Source: an uncultured Nitrososphaerota archaeon
GTDB lineage: Archaea > Thermoproteota > Nitrososphaeria > Nitrososphaerales > CADDZS01
Assembly: GCA_963799845.1 (NCBI GenBank)
Contig: CAWCYI010000004.1
Coordinates: 1,024,001-1,088,000 of the forward strand
DNA length: 64,000 bases
Direction of reading: 5' to 3'
Positions 1 to 10,441 of the stretch are shown piece by piece (position 1 is the stretch's first letter; every line of letters begins with the position of its first letter). A model generated the notes under the pieces. It was not told the DNA's origin. It searched no databases and saw nothing but the letters and a program-made list of their open reading frames with translations. The position numbers were made by a program, and so were the translations under genes.

Positions 1-1
1 C

Positions 2-226
2 TCTGTTTTCGCGATACTCTTCACAACGATCGCCGGTTCGATCGGGGCTGAACTGAGCGCTTACGGAGAATCCGTCCTGGATCCGGTGTACAGAGCGCTC
101 GGGATTAGCTTCAACACTCTCGTGCTTACCCAAGTCGATGTTTATGTTACTGCCGGGGCAATGGTGGTAGCAGTGGCTGTGGTTGGTGTCGCCGCGCGGT
201 TGTCGGAATCTCGTAGGCATTCATAA
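2..226 (+). CDS. 3' end of a membrane protein (partial, runs off window start)
   Basis: Open frame from base 2 to TAA 224-226 with hydrophobic stretches (SVFAILFTTIAG...AMVVAVAVVGVAA). Confidence 0.6.
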   Translation, partial: SVFAILFTTIAGSIGAELSAYGESVLDPVYRALGISFNTLVLTQVDVYVTAGAMVVAVAVVGVAARLSESRRHS

Positions 227-325
227 ACATTTGAATTGTCGAGGCTGGATAACTATAGATTCTTACCGGGATAGCCTGACGATTCTGCGACAGGAATCTT
301 AAGCCTTCACCGCTAAGCGATCGAA

Positions 326-767
326 CTATCGACCGACAACCAAGTAGGCATACTTTAGCTGCTTGACGCCGCTGAGTTTTCTGACGTCCTGCTCAAGTTC
401 CAGAATCTTTCTGACCTTTCCGCGCACGACAATGATGTTGAGGCAGTTTTCTTCGTCAAGATGCTGATGGAGCGAAGAGACAATTACGAGCCTGTGCGCA
501 TGCCCGATGTCAGTAATCTTGCTGTCGATGTTCCGCGTATCGTGCTCGTAGAGTATCAGTATAGTACCGGTCGCAGATTTGTCAGGATCCTCCTTCAGCT
601 CAAACTCATTTATGAAATTTTGAATCGCTAGCTGCAAGGCTTTAGATCGCTCGTCGTATCCCATCAACTTGGATACGCGATCCAATTCCTTCTGCAATCT
701 CGGCTGCAACGAGAAACTGATTCCGGGAAACACCTTCCCTTTCTTCCTCTCGTTGCGACGTTGGCAA
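326..767 (-). CDS. nikR: Nickel-responsive regulator NikR (RHH + ACT-like metal domain)
   Basis: ISFSL..L..ELD....GY.ERSKA RHH and SSLHQHLDEENCL Ni-binding motif. Divergent from a NiCoT permease. Track ORF starts at 733; a 1-nt indel near 722 would extend it to TTG 767 (..GVSRISFSL). Confidence 0.85.
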
Positions 768-802
768 TTGAGTATTACCGAAAACGCAATTTTTTCTTAA
801 AG

Positions 803-832
803 AGTATTACTGACTGTGAGAAGTTTAACACT
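803..832. promoter_or_regulatory. Putative NikR operator
   Basis: A-GTATTA-N16-TAACAC-T, same 6-16-6 architecture as the E. coli NikR site GTATGA-N16-TCATAC. Lies between nikR and the Ni permease, next to an AT-rich TATA-like tract at 790-801. Confidence 0.65.
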
Positions 833-900
833 GATTATGGCTGAATTTGGGTCATCGCTAATATAGCTCAACTCTGCCCGCGCTCTCAAGGAAAGCGATC

Positions 901-1966
901 ATGACCGAGAGAGCATTCCAGGCTGAAAGAAATGTTTCTGGTCTCGGGCTTTCCCCCGGTGAGAAGATCAAGATCCTCGGAATTTTTGTATCGATAATTT
1001 GCGCGACCGCCTTTGGTTTCATAGCTTCCACAATAATTGGCAACATGTCGGTCGTTCTTGCAGGCCTGGGAGTTGTCGCTTTCGTTTTCGGGCTGCGTCA
1101 CGGAGTAGACGCGGATCACATCGCGGCAATTGACAATACAACGAGGAAACTAATGCAGGAAGGAAAAAGACCACTCACCGTAGGGACATGGTTTTCGCTG
1201 GGACACTCGACCATCGTCGTAGGTCTGATAGTTGCGTTGGTTCTGTCGACCCGTGCAATCACAGGCACGATCCCAGCTCTGCAAAACACGGGAGCTATCA
1301 TCGGCACGGCGGTTTCTGGAACGTTCCTGTGGTTGATTGGTCTGATCAACGTAGTTATCGTATTGGGAATATACAAGATCTACAAGCAGCTTAGGACGGG
1401 TCAGCTGAAATTCCGAACAGCTTGAGGAATTGTTGAACAAGCGGGGTTTCCTGAATCGCTACTTCTCTCCTCTTTTCCGGATAATCAGAAAGCCCTGGCA
1501 GATCTACCCCATTGGCGTTCTTTTTGGACTCGGCTTTGACACCGCCAGTGAAGTCGCCCTGATTGCAATAAGTGTGGGAGTTGGGGTGTCCTCTTCGGTC
1601 CCACTCTGGATGATCCTTGTGCTTCCGTTCATGTTCACCTGCGGGATGGTTCTCGTCGATACGGCCGATGGAATCACTATGCGCATGGCCTACGGCTGGG
1701 CATACCTCAAACCGATCAGGAAGATATACTATAATCTCACCCTGACGATAATTTCCGTCCTAGTCGCTTTTTTGATCGGCGGGGTTGAAGTCCTGCAAGT
1801 ACTTTCGGGAGAGCTCAACCTAACCGGCGCATTCTGGAACTGGCTCAACAGCCTGGATTTCGAAACTCTGGGTTACGGAATAGTGGCAGTTTTCATAGTC
1901 TCCTGGTTTGCCTCGATTGCAATTTACAAGTTCAAGAAAATTGAAACTACTGGATTCCAACCATAA
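901..1966 (+). CDS. HoxN/HupN/NixA (NiCoT) nickel/cobalt permease, split by one frameshift
   Basis: GLRHGVDADHIAAIDN and FSLGHS motifs in ORF 901-1425; LFGLGFDTASE in ORF 1430-1966. Removing one A at 1408-1410 joins them (GQLNSEQLEELLNKRG). Confidence 0.9.
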
Positions 1967-2088
1967 TCCATTTTCTGAGCTTGCTGAAGATTTGCACTTT
2001 TATCCATGCATAACCTTACCGTTATCGCTAGGTGGTTGTCTTCGGATTGAAATTACCATCATAGTTCAGTTTATTGCATGCTTTCATC

Positions 2089-2114
2089 GACGCTTTCCAA
2101 ATCTGAGAATCGTC
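2089..2114 (+). promoter_or_regulatory. Island box, copy 1 (upstream of coxG cluster)
   Basis: GACGCTTTCCA-AATC-TGAGAATCGTC, then 8 nt, then TTAATA. Confidence 0.75.
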
Positions 2115-2195
2115 TACATGTCTTAATACGCGAACTAGTAAAATAAATCATCGACTTTGTGCAACTTGCTCTGCAAGTGTTCAAAGCTCTGAAGT

Positions 2196-2660
2196 ATGTT
2201 TCATAAGGAGAAGAAACTAAATTTGCATTACGATGGCTCGTTTGAAGTCTCAGCATCTAAAGAGGCATCCTACGCTTTTGCGACAGATCCTGCAAAGGTC
2301 ACTACCATATTCCCTGATGTTCAAGATGTCAGGATAGTCGATTCGGAAACCTTCGAGTTGAAAACGAAAATAGGAATTTCTTTCATAAAAGGGATCATGA
2401 ACGTCAAGGGAAGTATTGCAGAAAAGATTCCATCCAAATTTGTAAAGCTGAAAGCAAAGGCAAATGGGTTGGGAAGCTCGATTGATTTGGAAAGTGGCTT
2501 TTCGATGGAAGATGGAAAAAATGGCGGAACTCTCGTAAAGTGGACTGCAGATGCCATAGTGGGCGGTCTAATTGCGCGGGTGGGTTCTAGACTAATCGAT
2601 TCTGCGGCGCAGAAGTACATCGAACAGATAATTACTTCGCTAAAACAAAAGCTCTCTTAG
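2196..2660 (+). CDS. coxG: CoxG-like SRPBCC protein
   Basis: Typical CoxG pattern (F.TDP......PD, GG.IA.VGSRLIDSAA), upstream of a CoxL-like gene. Confidence 0.8.
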   Translation: MFHKEKKLNLHYDGSFEVSASKEASYAFATDPAKVTTIFPDVQDVRIVDSETFELKTKIGISFIKGIMNVKGSIAEKIPSKFVKLKAKANGLGSSIDLESGFSMEDGKNGGTLVKWTADAIVGGLIARVGSRLIDSAAQKYIEQIITSLKQKLS

Positions 2661-2675
2661 CATCTGGAGTGACAT

Positions 2676-3641
2676 GTGATTTTGATAATTGATGTATTTA
2701 ACCACTTTTACCCGAAGGAATACCTGGACGCACTTTCCAAACCGCTGCCCGAGCAAGTAGTCTGGATTTCTTCAACAATGAGAGGAATCAACGACCTGGA
2801 GTATCGATTGACCCAGATGGACAGGTTCGGAGTTGACATGCAGGTTTTATCTCTTCCCATGCCAACGCTTGATGACCTTTCGAATATTCCAGTGCACGAA
2901 TTCGAAAGGATAACAAAGACTGCAAGCGATGGCATCGCGAGGATCGCCGAGCAATCGCAGGGACGTTTCAAGGGAATAGCCACTGTTTCTCTTCTCGACG
3001 TCGGAAAGGCGATCGACGAGGTTGAAAGGGTTGTGAAAGATCTCGGTCTGCTTGGAGTCCAAATCCTTTCGAATGTGAGAGGGAAACCTCTTGACCTGCA
3101 AGAGTTCGAGCTGTTCTATTCCAAGATCAGTCAGCTGGGTTGCGGCTTGTGGATTCATCCTACTTTCATGAGAAAAATATACGACTGGATGAACGACGAA
3201 TACAACATGAACATGATGATGGGCTGGGGCATAGATACGTCCCTTGCAATGTTTCGCATTTTCAGGGGAGGAGTACTAGAAAGGCATTCCGATCTAAAAA
3301 TCATACCGCACCACATGGGTACCCTGATTCCGCTCATGGCCGGGCGAATCAACGGTTTCGTAATGGGACAGGGAAAGAACGGCCTTCCTCCTTCTCCGCT
3401 CAAGAAGACCCCGATGGAGTACATGAAAATGTTCTACGTCGATACTGCCGAAGGGATGTGGAAGCCAGCCATGGATCTTTCTCACGATTTCTTTGGTTCT
3501 TCCCACATGCTTTTTGGCACCGACTATCCCTGGGGTGATACACCCAAAATCATCGAGAACATCGGGTCACTCAATATTCCGGAAGAGGAGAAGAAAATGA
3601 TATTGGGCGAGAACGCGGTTAAGCTCTTGGGGATCAGGTAA
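2676..3641 (+). CDS. Amidohydrolase_2 family (ACMSD-like decarboxylase/hydrolase)
   Basis: DVFNH, WIHP, HHMG, LFGTDYP and ILGENA motifs. Confidence 0.85.
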   Translation: MILIIDVFNHFYPKEYLDALSKPLPEQVVWISSTMRGINDLEYRLTQMDRFGVDMQVLSLPMPTLDDLSNIPVHEFERITKTASDGIARIAEQSQGRFKGIATVSLLDVGKAIDEVERVVKDLGLLGVQILSNVRGKPLDLQEFELFYSKISQLGCGLWIHPTFMRKIYDWMNDEYNMNMMMGWGIDTSLAMFRIFRGGVLERHSDLKIIPHHMGTLIPLMAGRINGFVMGQGKNGLPPSPLKKTPMEYMKMFYVDTAEGMWKPAMDLSHDFFGSSHMLFGTDYPWGDTPKIIENIGSLNIPEEEKKMILGENAVKLLGIR

Positions 3642-3677
3642 GGAAGAGATGATTCGGCGAAAAGGGGTAAATCCATC

Positions 3678-6195
3678 ATGATGACTACAGTTCTGCGACA
3701 AGAGGAAAAGGAACAACCCAAGGGTAGAGTAGAAGATCCGAGACTTCTCACGGGCAAGGGACGCTTTGTTGATGATCTTAATGCTCAAAACCAGGCATAC
3801 ATGGGCCTCGTCCTCAGTCCATTTGCGCATGCTAAGATCAAGTCTATCGATCTTTCGAAGGTTCGCTCTTCGCCCGAGTTCATTGCATCGCTTACCGGGG
3901 AGGATCTGTTGAAGGAGGGCGTGCACCCTGTAGCACAAAATCCGTGGCCTCCGCAGAAGCATGCGAAACGGTACCACCTAGCGGTAGACAAGGTGAGGTT
4001 TGCTGGCGAACCGGTTGCGGCGATACTTGTGAAGAACAAGAGTTCCGTTGAGGATCTTATCGATCTGGTGGAAGTGGAGTACGAGCAGCTGCCGGTAATT
4101 ACTACAATCGAAGAGTCGAAGGAAAAAAAGGCACTGCTTTACGACGACTGGAAGGATAATCTTTCTCAGACAAATAAAGAAAAGAAGGGCGATGCAGCTA
4201 AAGCAATCTCATCGGCTTCTTACGTGGTCAACGCAAGATTGGGAATAAAGAGGCAGGAGGGCGCCCCGATCGAAACGCATGCCGTCCTCGTATCTTATGA
4301 CGAAGGGAAAGATATGTACGAAGTTTATTCTACAGTTCAGTCCGTGCACGGCCTCCAGGGTCAGCTGGCTTCCGAGCTTGGGACTCCAAAGAAAAAATTT
4401 CATGTTAAAGTGATGGATGTAGGAGGTGGATTTGGGAGCAAGGGAGGTCCGTCCTATCCCTGGCCTCTGCTTGCGTGCCTGCTTGCAAAAAGAACGGGCT
4501 TACCAGTCAAGTGGACTGCGAGCAGGACGGAGGAGTTTCTCGAAGCAGCAGCCGGAAGAGACGAGTATTGCGATGTGACCCTTGCTTGCGACCAAGACGG
4601 AAGGATGGTCGCTTTGCAGGCAAGCGTGGAGTGTGATGTCGGTGTATCCGGCACGCAGACCCATATGCCGTCCTTGACGATGTGGACGATGCCGGGACCG
4701 TACAACATACCCAATTTAGATACTCAAGGTAGCAGCCTACGTGACGAATAAGATGCCGATAGGGCCGGTCAGGGGAGCTGGAGCACCCGAGGGATGCTAC
4801 TTTATCGAACGGGTCATAGAAATAATGGCGAAGAAAATTGGGCTTGATCCTATAGAATTTAGGCGCCGCAACCTGGAAAAGCCAAGAAAGCCAGGTGAAG
4901 AAGATTACCAAGTTCTACTGGATACTCTAGTCAAATCTTCAAATTATGACGCTCTTTTGCAGTGGAGGCTCGGCCTGCTGTCCAAATTCAGACAGGAAGG
5001 TTCCGCTGCTTCAAAGGTTTTGGGAGGAATAGGGATTTCGGTACGCGGCAGCAGTGAATCGGAAGATGAGGAAGAGGATTGGGGCGGCGAGGGAGAGGGG
5101 TTCCAGGGCGGGGGTGACGAAGATAGAACTGCATCGTGGCAGAGCTCGGGGAATTCTAGTGGGTCAGCAAGCAATGCAGAAGCGAAACCAGGATCTTCAT
5201 CTTGGCAAAGGGGTGATAACAACGGCGATTCCTCTGAACAATGGAAATCTGGAACCGATGATGACGATGGTGGTGGTTTTTCCTTCATGACCGAGTCAGC
5301 CAAGGTCGTATTGGACTCCAATGGAGATGTGACCGTGTACACCGGCTCGTCGCCCCATGGACAGGGGGAAGAAACAACGTTTGCTCAGCTTGCCTCAGAT
5401 GAATTAGACGTCCCTCTCGAAAAGGTTCACGTCGTTTGGGGCGACACCTTATTGATTCCTTTCGGAATCGGAACATTCGGTAGCCGCTCAGCAGCTACTG
5501 GTGGAAGTGCAGTAGTTGATGCCACACGTAAGCTGAAATCGCACCTTCTCGAAAAGGCGTCCAAGGTTCTTGGGGTCGATGCGAAATTACTTGGGATACG
5601 AAATGGGACATTTGTGAATCTTTCAAATCCAAACACACCGCTATCGACTTTAGGGCAGACTCTCCAAAAGCTCGGAATGAATGAGATTTCGGCTGATTCG
5701 AAGTTTACTTTGAGCGCAATGAGTTATTCTAGCGGAGTTCATCTGTGTGTGGTAACTCTGGACGTCGAAACAGGTAAGGTGAAGGTCGAAAAGTATCTAG
5801 TCGTCGAGGACTGCGGACGAATGATAAACGAATCCATAGTTGAAGGGCAAATTCATGGCGGTGTGGTTCATGGGATTGGCGGGGCACTGCTTGAGCAACT
5901 GGCATACGACGAATCTGGGAACCTCTTAACTTCCACTTTCATGGACTACAGCATTCCAACATCTGTGGACAGCCCAGATGTCGAAATCTTCCACAGAACA
6001 ACTCCATCAACTGTTACACTCGACGGTGTCAAGGGCGTCGGAGAAAGCGGTACGATTGGTTCTTACGGGGCAGTCGTGAATGCTTTGAACGATGCTCTCT
6101 CGCAGGTTGAAAAGAGCAAAGAAATCAATGTTGCGCCTATAGTGCCTGATATCATTTATTCCGCTGCCCTAAATAACAAAGAGCATCACTTTTGA
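3678..6195 (+). CDS. Xanthine dehydrogenase/CoxL-family molybdopterin-binding large subunit, one frameshift
   Basis: RVEDPRLLTGKG, DVGGGFGSK, VRGAG, PHGQG, GSRS, GQIHGG and KGVGESG motifs. ORFs 3678-4751 and 4741-6195 join if one base near 4720 is removed (NLDLKVAAYVTNKMP). Confidence 0.9.
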
Positions 6196-6914
6196 ATAAG
6201 AATGTGCTGAAGCTTATCGAGAAAAGACAGTCTACAAGGATTCCCTTTAATTCTCGTCGACAAGTGGATAAAAGAGATCTCAAACAGATTATCGAAGCAG
6301 CGCGATGGTCACCGACGGCTCATAACATGCAGAACTTTGAAATTGTCGTGGTGGATGATACTAAGATCTTGAAAGCAATTGGGAACATCAAGTCTCAGAT
6401 TTCGGAGGATTTTCTTCGAGAGAACTATCAACAGCTCTCGTTCTCGAAGAAAGAGTTGCTCAGTAAGAAAGTGGGAATTCTCGGTTCCGGTTTTCCTCCT
6501 TCGTGGCGAGATCCAACAAAGCTGGACGCGGTCGCTAAAGAGAGTCCGCCAAGGCCTTTGAGCCAAACGATTCAGGGCAGCCCACTGCTGTTGGTAGTTG
6601 TCTATGATCCTCGTAAGAGGGCCCCCGCATCTAAAGGAGATTTCTTGGGTATTTTGAGCCTCGGCTGCGCAATGGAGAACATGTGGCTCATGGCCCAGTC
6701 TTTGGGGATAGGTTTTCAGGTAATGAGCATCTTCAGCAGTGTGGCCGTTGAGAAAGAAGTGAAGCGAGTTCTAAATATTCCTGGGCACATGAAGATTGCA
6801 TATGCCATTCGCTTGGGATATGCCCAAGGCAAGTCGACAGAATATCTTAGAGTACGCCGGGATCTGGAAACGTTAGCTCACCACAATCAGTTTGGAAATC
6901 TGGGTCTAGGATGA
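6192..6914 (+). CDS. Nitroreductase family protein
   Basis: KRQSTR, AARWSPTAHNMQ and ENMWLMAQSLGIG motifs. Confidence 0.9.
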   Translation: MNKNVLKLIEKRQSTRIPFNSRRQVDKRDLKQIIEAARWSPTAHNMQNFEIVVVDDTKILKAIGNIKSQISEDFLRENYQQLSFSKKELLSKKVGILGSGFPPSWRDPTKLDAVAKESPPRPLSQTIQGSPLLLVVVYDPRKRAPASKGDFLGILSLGCAMENMWLMAQSLGIGFQVMSIFSSVAVEKEVKRVLNIPGHMKIAYAIRLGYAQGKSTEYLRVRRDLETLAHHNQFGNLGLG

Positions 6915-6939
6915 ACGAATCTAATACGAAGGATATTGG

Positions 6940-6965
6940 TCTTCTTCTCGGATTTGATAATCGTG
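6940..6965 (+). promoter_or_regulatory. Island box, copy 2 (upstream of USP and ABC exporter)
   Basis: TCTTCTTCTCG-GATT-TGATAATCGTG, then 8 nt, then TTAAGTA. Confidence 0.7.
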
Positions 6966-7013
6966 TCCGGGGGTTAAGTATCTGAAGCGCCTCAACTGTC
7001 CCGTTGAGGAAGT

Positions 7014-7499
7014 TTGGCAGAGAAAGAAAGTTCGAATTCCGATCTATTTCATTTATCGAAGATTCTAGTTCCAACTGATGGCTCCGCAAACGCTAGCCGG
7101 GCTGTGAATGGTGGGATAGATCTCTCAAAAAAGTACGGTTCCGAACTTGTCGTTCTGTGCGTAATACCTTCTCCAACTCTTCTTGTAGAGGCCTCCGTTG
7201 GTCTAGGGATGGCGCCTGGGGGACTGGATTCCTATTACAAGCAGCAAGAAATGAGGGCCAATTATTTCATTGATGAAGCCGTGACCCTTGCCAAGACACA
7301 AGGCATCAAAGTGAGGAGTGAAGTGTCTCGTGCCGACAAGTCGATAGTTGGGGAAATAATTGAGATATCCATTCATGAGAAAATTGACTTGATAGTTATA
7401 GGCACGCGGGGCCTAGGTGGGTTTAGGAAACTGCTTCTAGGCAGCGTTTCAAGCGGCGTTGTAACTAATGCTCAGTGTAATGTTTTGGTCGTCAGATAA
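7014..7499 (+). CDS. Universal stress protein (UspA family)
   Basis: ILVPTDGS and DLIVIGTRGLGGFRKLLLGSVS motifs. Confidence 0.95.
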   Translation: MAEKESSNSDLFHLSKILVPTDGSANASRAVNGGIDLSKKYGSELVVLCVIPSPTLLVEASVGLGMAPGGLDSYYKQQEMRANYFIDEAVTLAKTQGIKVRSEVSRADKSIVGEIIEISIHEKIDLIVIGTRGLGGFRKLLLGSVSSGVVTNAQCNVLVVR

Positions 7500-7517
7500 G
7501 AGGGAAATTGACCCGTC

Positions 7518-8564
7518 ATGTCACAACAAAAATCATTGGAGCTATACCAAATAACGACATCCAAGGAAATTCTGAACCTCCAAAAACTGACGAAGAGTTT
7601 TGATGACAAGACAAATGTCGTCGATGATGTTTCGTTCACTGTATCGGAGGGTGAGATTTTTGGCTTTCTCGGCCCCAACGGTGCGGGAAAAAGTACCACG
7701 ATCAACATGCTGACAACGATTCTTCGTCCGACATCGGGAGACGCAACAATATGTGGTTATGATATAATCAAAGATCAAACCGCGGTGAGGAGAAGCATCG
7801 GCGTTGTTCCTCAAGAATCGACAGCTGATGAGGATTTAACTGGTCTTGAAAACGTGTTACTCTGCGCTGATTTTTATGGAATCCCAAGGAAAGTCTCAAG
7901 GCCACGTGCCTGGGAACTTCTCGAACTAGTAGAACTCTCCAAAGATGCGAAAAGAAAAGTCAGCACCTATTCCGGCGGCATGCGAAGGAGGCTTGAGTTA
8001 GCTTCAGGTCTGATAAATCGGCCTAAGCTACTGTTTCTCGACGAGCCGACCCTCGGTCTTGATGTTCAGACAAGAGCAGCAGTCTGGGAATACATACGCT
8101 TACTCAAGGCGGAATTTCACATGACTCTCTTTATGACCACCCACTATCTCGACGAGGCTGACAACCTTTGCGATCGAATAGCGTTGATAGATCACGGAAA
8201 GATTCTGACAATCGGTTCACCTGACGAGCTCAAGGAAAGCCTTGGCGGGGACATAATTGAAGTCGAAGTGCAAGATGGAACAGCCGATCTCTCAGAATCA
8301 ATACGGCGGGTTGAACACGTAGTTGATGTTAGAAAGACAAATTCCGACTACAGGATCAAGACAGAACTCGGAGAAGAGACAGCTCCAGCAGTTATGGAAG
8401 CACTGAGGTTAGCCGGTGCAAAGGTTGTTAGGATTTCAATTGCCAAGCCATCTCTCGATCAGGTGTATCTGGAATACACAGGAAAGTCCATCAGAGAAGA
8501 GCACGCTGATAGTAGCTCTCAGATCCCGAGACACGGAAGAATGTCGATGGGAATGCGAAGATAG
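7518..8564 (+). CDS. ABC-2/DrrA-type exporter ATP-binding subunit
   Basis: GPNGAGKST, YSGGMRRRL, LFLDEPT, TTHY. Confidence 0.95.
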   Translation: MSQQKSLELYQITTSKEILNLQKLTKSFDDKTNVVDDVSFTVSEGEIFGFLGPNGAGKSTTINMLTTILRPTSGDATICGYDIIKDQTAVRRSIGVVPQESTADEDLTGLENVLLCADFYGIPRKVSRPRAWELLELVELSKDAKRKVSTYSGGMRRRLELASGLINRPKLLFLDEPTLGLDVQTRAAVWEYIRLLKAEFHMTLFMTTHYLDEADNLCDRIALIDHGKILTIGSPDELKESLGGDIIEVEVQDGTADLSESIRRVEHVVDVRKTNSDYRIKTELGEETAPAVMEALRLAGAKVVRISIAKPSLDQVYLEYTGKSIREEHADSSSQIPRHGRMSMGMRR

Positions 8565-8581
8565 ATGGAGGTTGGATAGAT

Positions 8582-9556
8582 GTGACAGAATCAGTAACAA
8601 CAAGCAACAAGAAAGATCTAGCCAAACAAGAATTGAGTGAAGTCCCGACGTTGGAACGAACGAGCCAACACATGTCGGCATTCGAGCAAGAGACCGCCCT
8701 CAACCAGAGCTCGCTTCATGGCTTGTGGGCCCTTACAAACAGAGAGCTAAAGAAATGGTACAAGGCCCCGATAATACTGATCCTCTCTCTAATTCAGCCC
8801 GTCATCTGGCTCGGATTATTTGGCAAAGCGATGAACTTCGGAGCGATCTTCACCGGTAGCTCGTTCAACATACCTGGGCTTAACATCCCGAAAAGTGTGC
8901 TCGACACGCTTTCAAGCCAGATTATGCAGAACACGTTCGGTACAAGTGATTATTTCTCGTTTCTTGCAGTTGGCATGTTATCTTTCATTTCACTCTTCAT
9001 GGCCATGCAGAGCGGCATGTCCGTAGTTTGGGACCGGCGGCTGGGCTTCCTGAACAAGGAATTAAGCACGCCGCTTGCACGAGGTGCTTTTCCCATTGGT
9101 AAGGTCTTCTCTTCAATCCTGAGAGGACTCACTCAAGCGGCTACCGTGCTCATCATAGCGATATTGTTGGGGCTCGATGTCTCTCACATCACGGTCGTTG
9201 CAATACTTGGCACTTTTTCCGGGATCTTCCTAATGGTGATGGGCTTTTCTTCATTGTTTGTGATGCTAGCAGTTCGCTCCAGCAATCAGGACACCCAGAT
9301 GATGATAGTAAATCTGTTGAACCTTCCCCTGCTTTTTGCGAGCAATGCTATGTTTCCAGCAAAATTCATGCCGAGCTGGCTTCAGCCTGTGGTTCAGGCA
9401 AATCCGGTCAGCTACGCGACTGATATTTCTCGTCAGCTTCTTCTCGGTTCTACAGGCATGGCAAGTCTGGGTTTTGACTTTCTATATCTGGGAGCGTTCG
9501 CCGTGGCGATGCTGATACTTGGAACATACATATCATGGAGATTCCTTTCGAAGTAA
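8582..9556 (+). CDS. ABC-2/DrrB-type exporter permease
   Basis: Multi-TM protein with WDRRLGFL, LLFASNA and NPVSY patterns, following the ATPase. Confidence 0.9.
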   Translation: MTESVTTSNKKDLAKQELSEVPTLERTSQHMSAFEQETALNQSSLHGLWALTNRELKKWYKAPIILILSLIQPVIWLGLFGKAMNFGAIFTGSSFNIPGLNIPKSVLDTLSSQIMQNTFGTSDYFSFLAVGMLSFISLFMAMQSGMSVVWDRRLGFLNKELSTPLARGAFPIGKVFSSILRGLTQAATVLIIAILLGLDVSHITVVAILGTFSGIFLMVMGFSSLFVMLAVRSSNQDTQMMIVNLLNLPLLFASNAMFPAKFMPSWLQPVVQANPVSYATDISRQLLLGSTGMASLGFDFLYLGAFAVAMLILGTYISWRFLSK

Positions 9557-9658
9557 GAATTTAACTTTCGAACCAAATGTCCATTGTCCCTTACACTTAA
9601 GGCAGCTTCAACTCAATCAAATGGCGATCGTTCTTCGACCTCGATAGGCCAAAGCGCT

Positions 9659-10438
9659 TTACTCTATTATTCTTCTCAGCGCCATCGAAGCAAGCGCGAT
9701 AAATGCGAAAGTCGAGATGAGGAGTACACCAATATCCACTGGAAGATTCGAATAATTTCCAGTCAAAAGCATGGCACGCATGGCGTCAACCACATAGCTA
9801 AGTGGGTTGAACTTTGATACATACTGAAGCCAAGTCGGCATTATGGAAGTTGGATAGATTGCATTGCTTGCGAAGAAAAGTGGCATGGTAATTGCCTGCC
9901 CAATCCCCATCATTCGGTCACGAGTCTTGAAGAACGAGGCGAGCAGCATGGAAAGGCTCGAAAAGCACATTGCAAATAATATGATTACCACGAACACACC
10001 TACAACATCAAACACATCGAACCGGAGGTTCACTCCGATTATCAATGCGAGGGCGAATATTACAACTGCCTGAAACACTCCTCTGATGCTTGCCGCTAGG
10101 GCTTTCCCGATTACGATTGAAGATATACGTGAAGGCGTTGAAAGAAGTTTCGTTAGTAGTCCCATATCCCTCTCCCAGACTATGGTTATGCCGTAGAATA
10201 TTGCCACGAACAGGACAGACTGCGCAAGCACTCCTGGAGTTAGATACTGAAGATACGTGTACCCCGGAGGTGCAAGTCCGTGAACCGCATTGAAGACTTC
10301 TCCGAAGATAAGGAGCCAAAGGAGCGGCTGTATTGTTCGTATCCAGAGCTCGGTGGAATCATGTTTGATTTTCCTTGCCTCCATCTTTGCGATTGTGAGC
10401 GAATCTTCGACTGACTCTACTGCTGCGCTCATAACCAC
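9659..10438 (-). CDS. ABC-2 exporter permease (second system)
   Basis: WERDMG, PLFFASNA and NPLSY patterns. Confidence 0.9.
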   Translation of the reverse strand: MVMSAAVESVEDSLTIAKMEARKIKHDSTELWIRTIQPLLWLLIFGEVFNAVHGLAPPGYTYLQYLTPGVLAQSVLFVAIFYGITIVWERDMGLLTKLLSTPSRISSIVIGKALAASIRGVFQAVVIFALALIIGVNLRFDVFDVVGVFVVIILFAMCFSSLSMLLASFFKTRDRMMGIGQAITMPLFFASNAIYPTSIMPTWLQYVSKFNPLSYVVDAMRAMLLTGNYSNLPVDIGVLLISTFAFIALASMALRRIIE

Positions 10439-10441
10439 TTG

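Noticed and set aside
3678-6195. Calling the gene aerobic CO dehydrogenase
   Set aside because: Lacks the AYRCSFR form I motif and has no adjacent coxM/coxS
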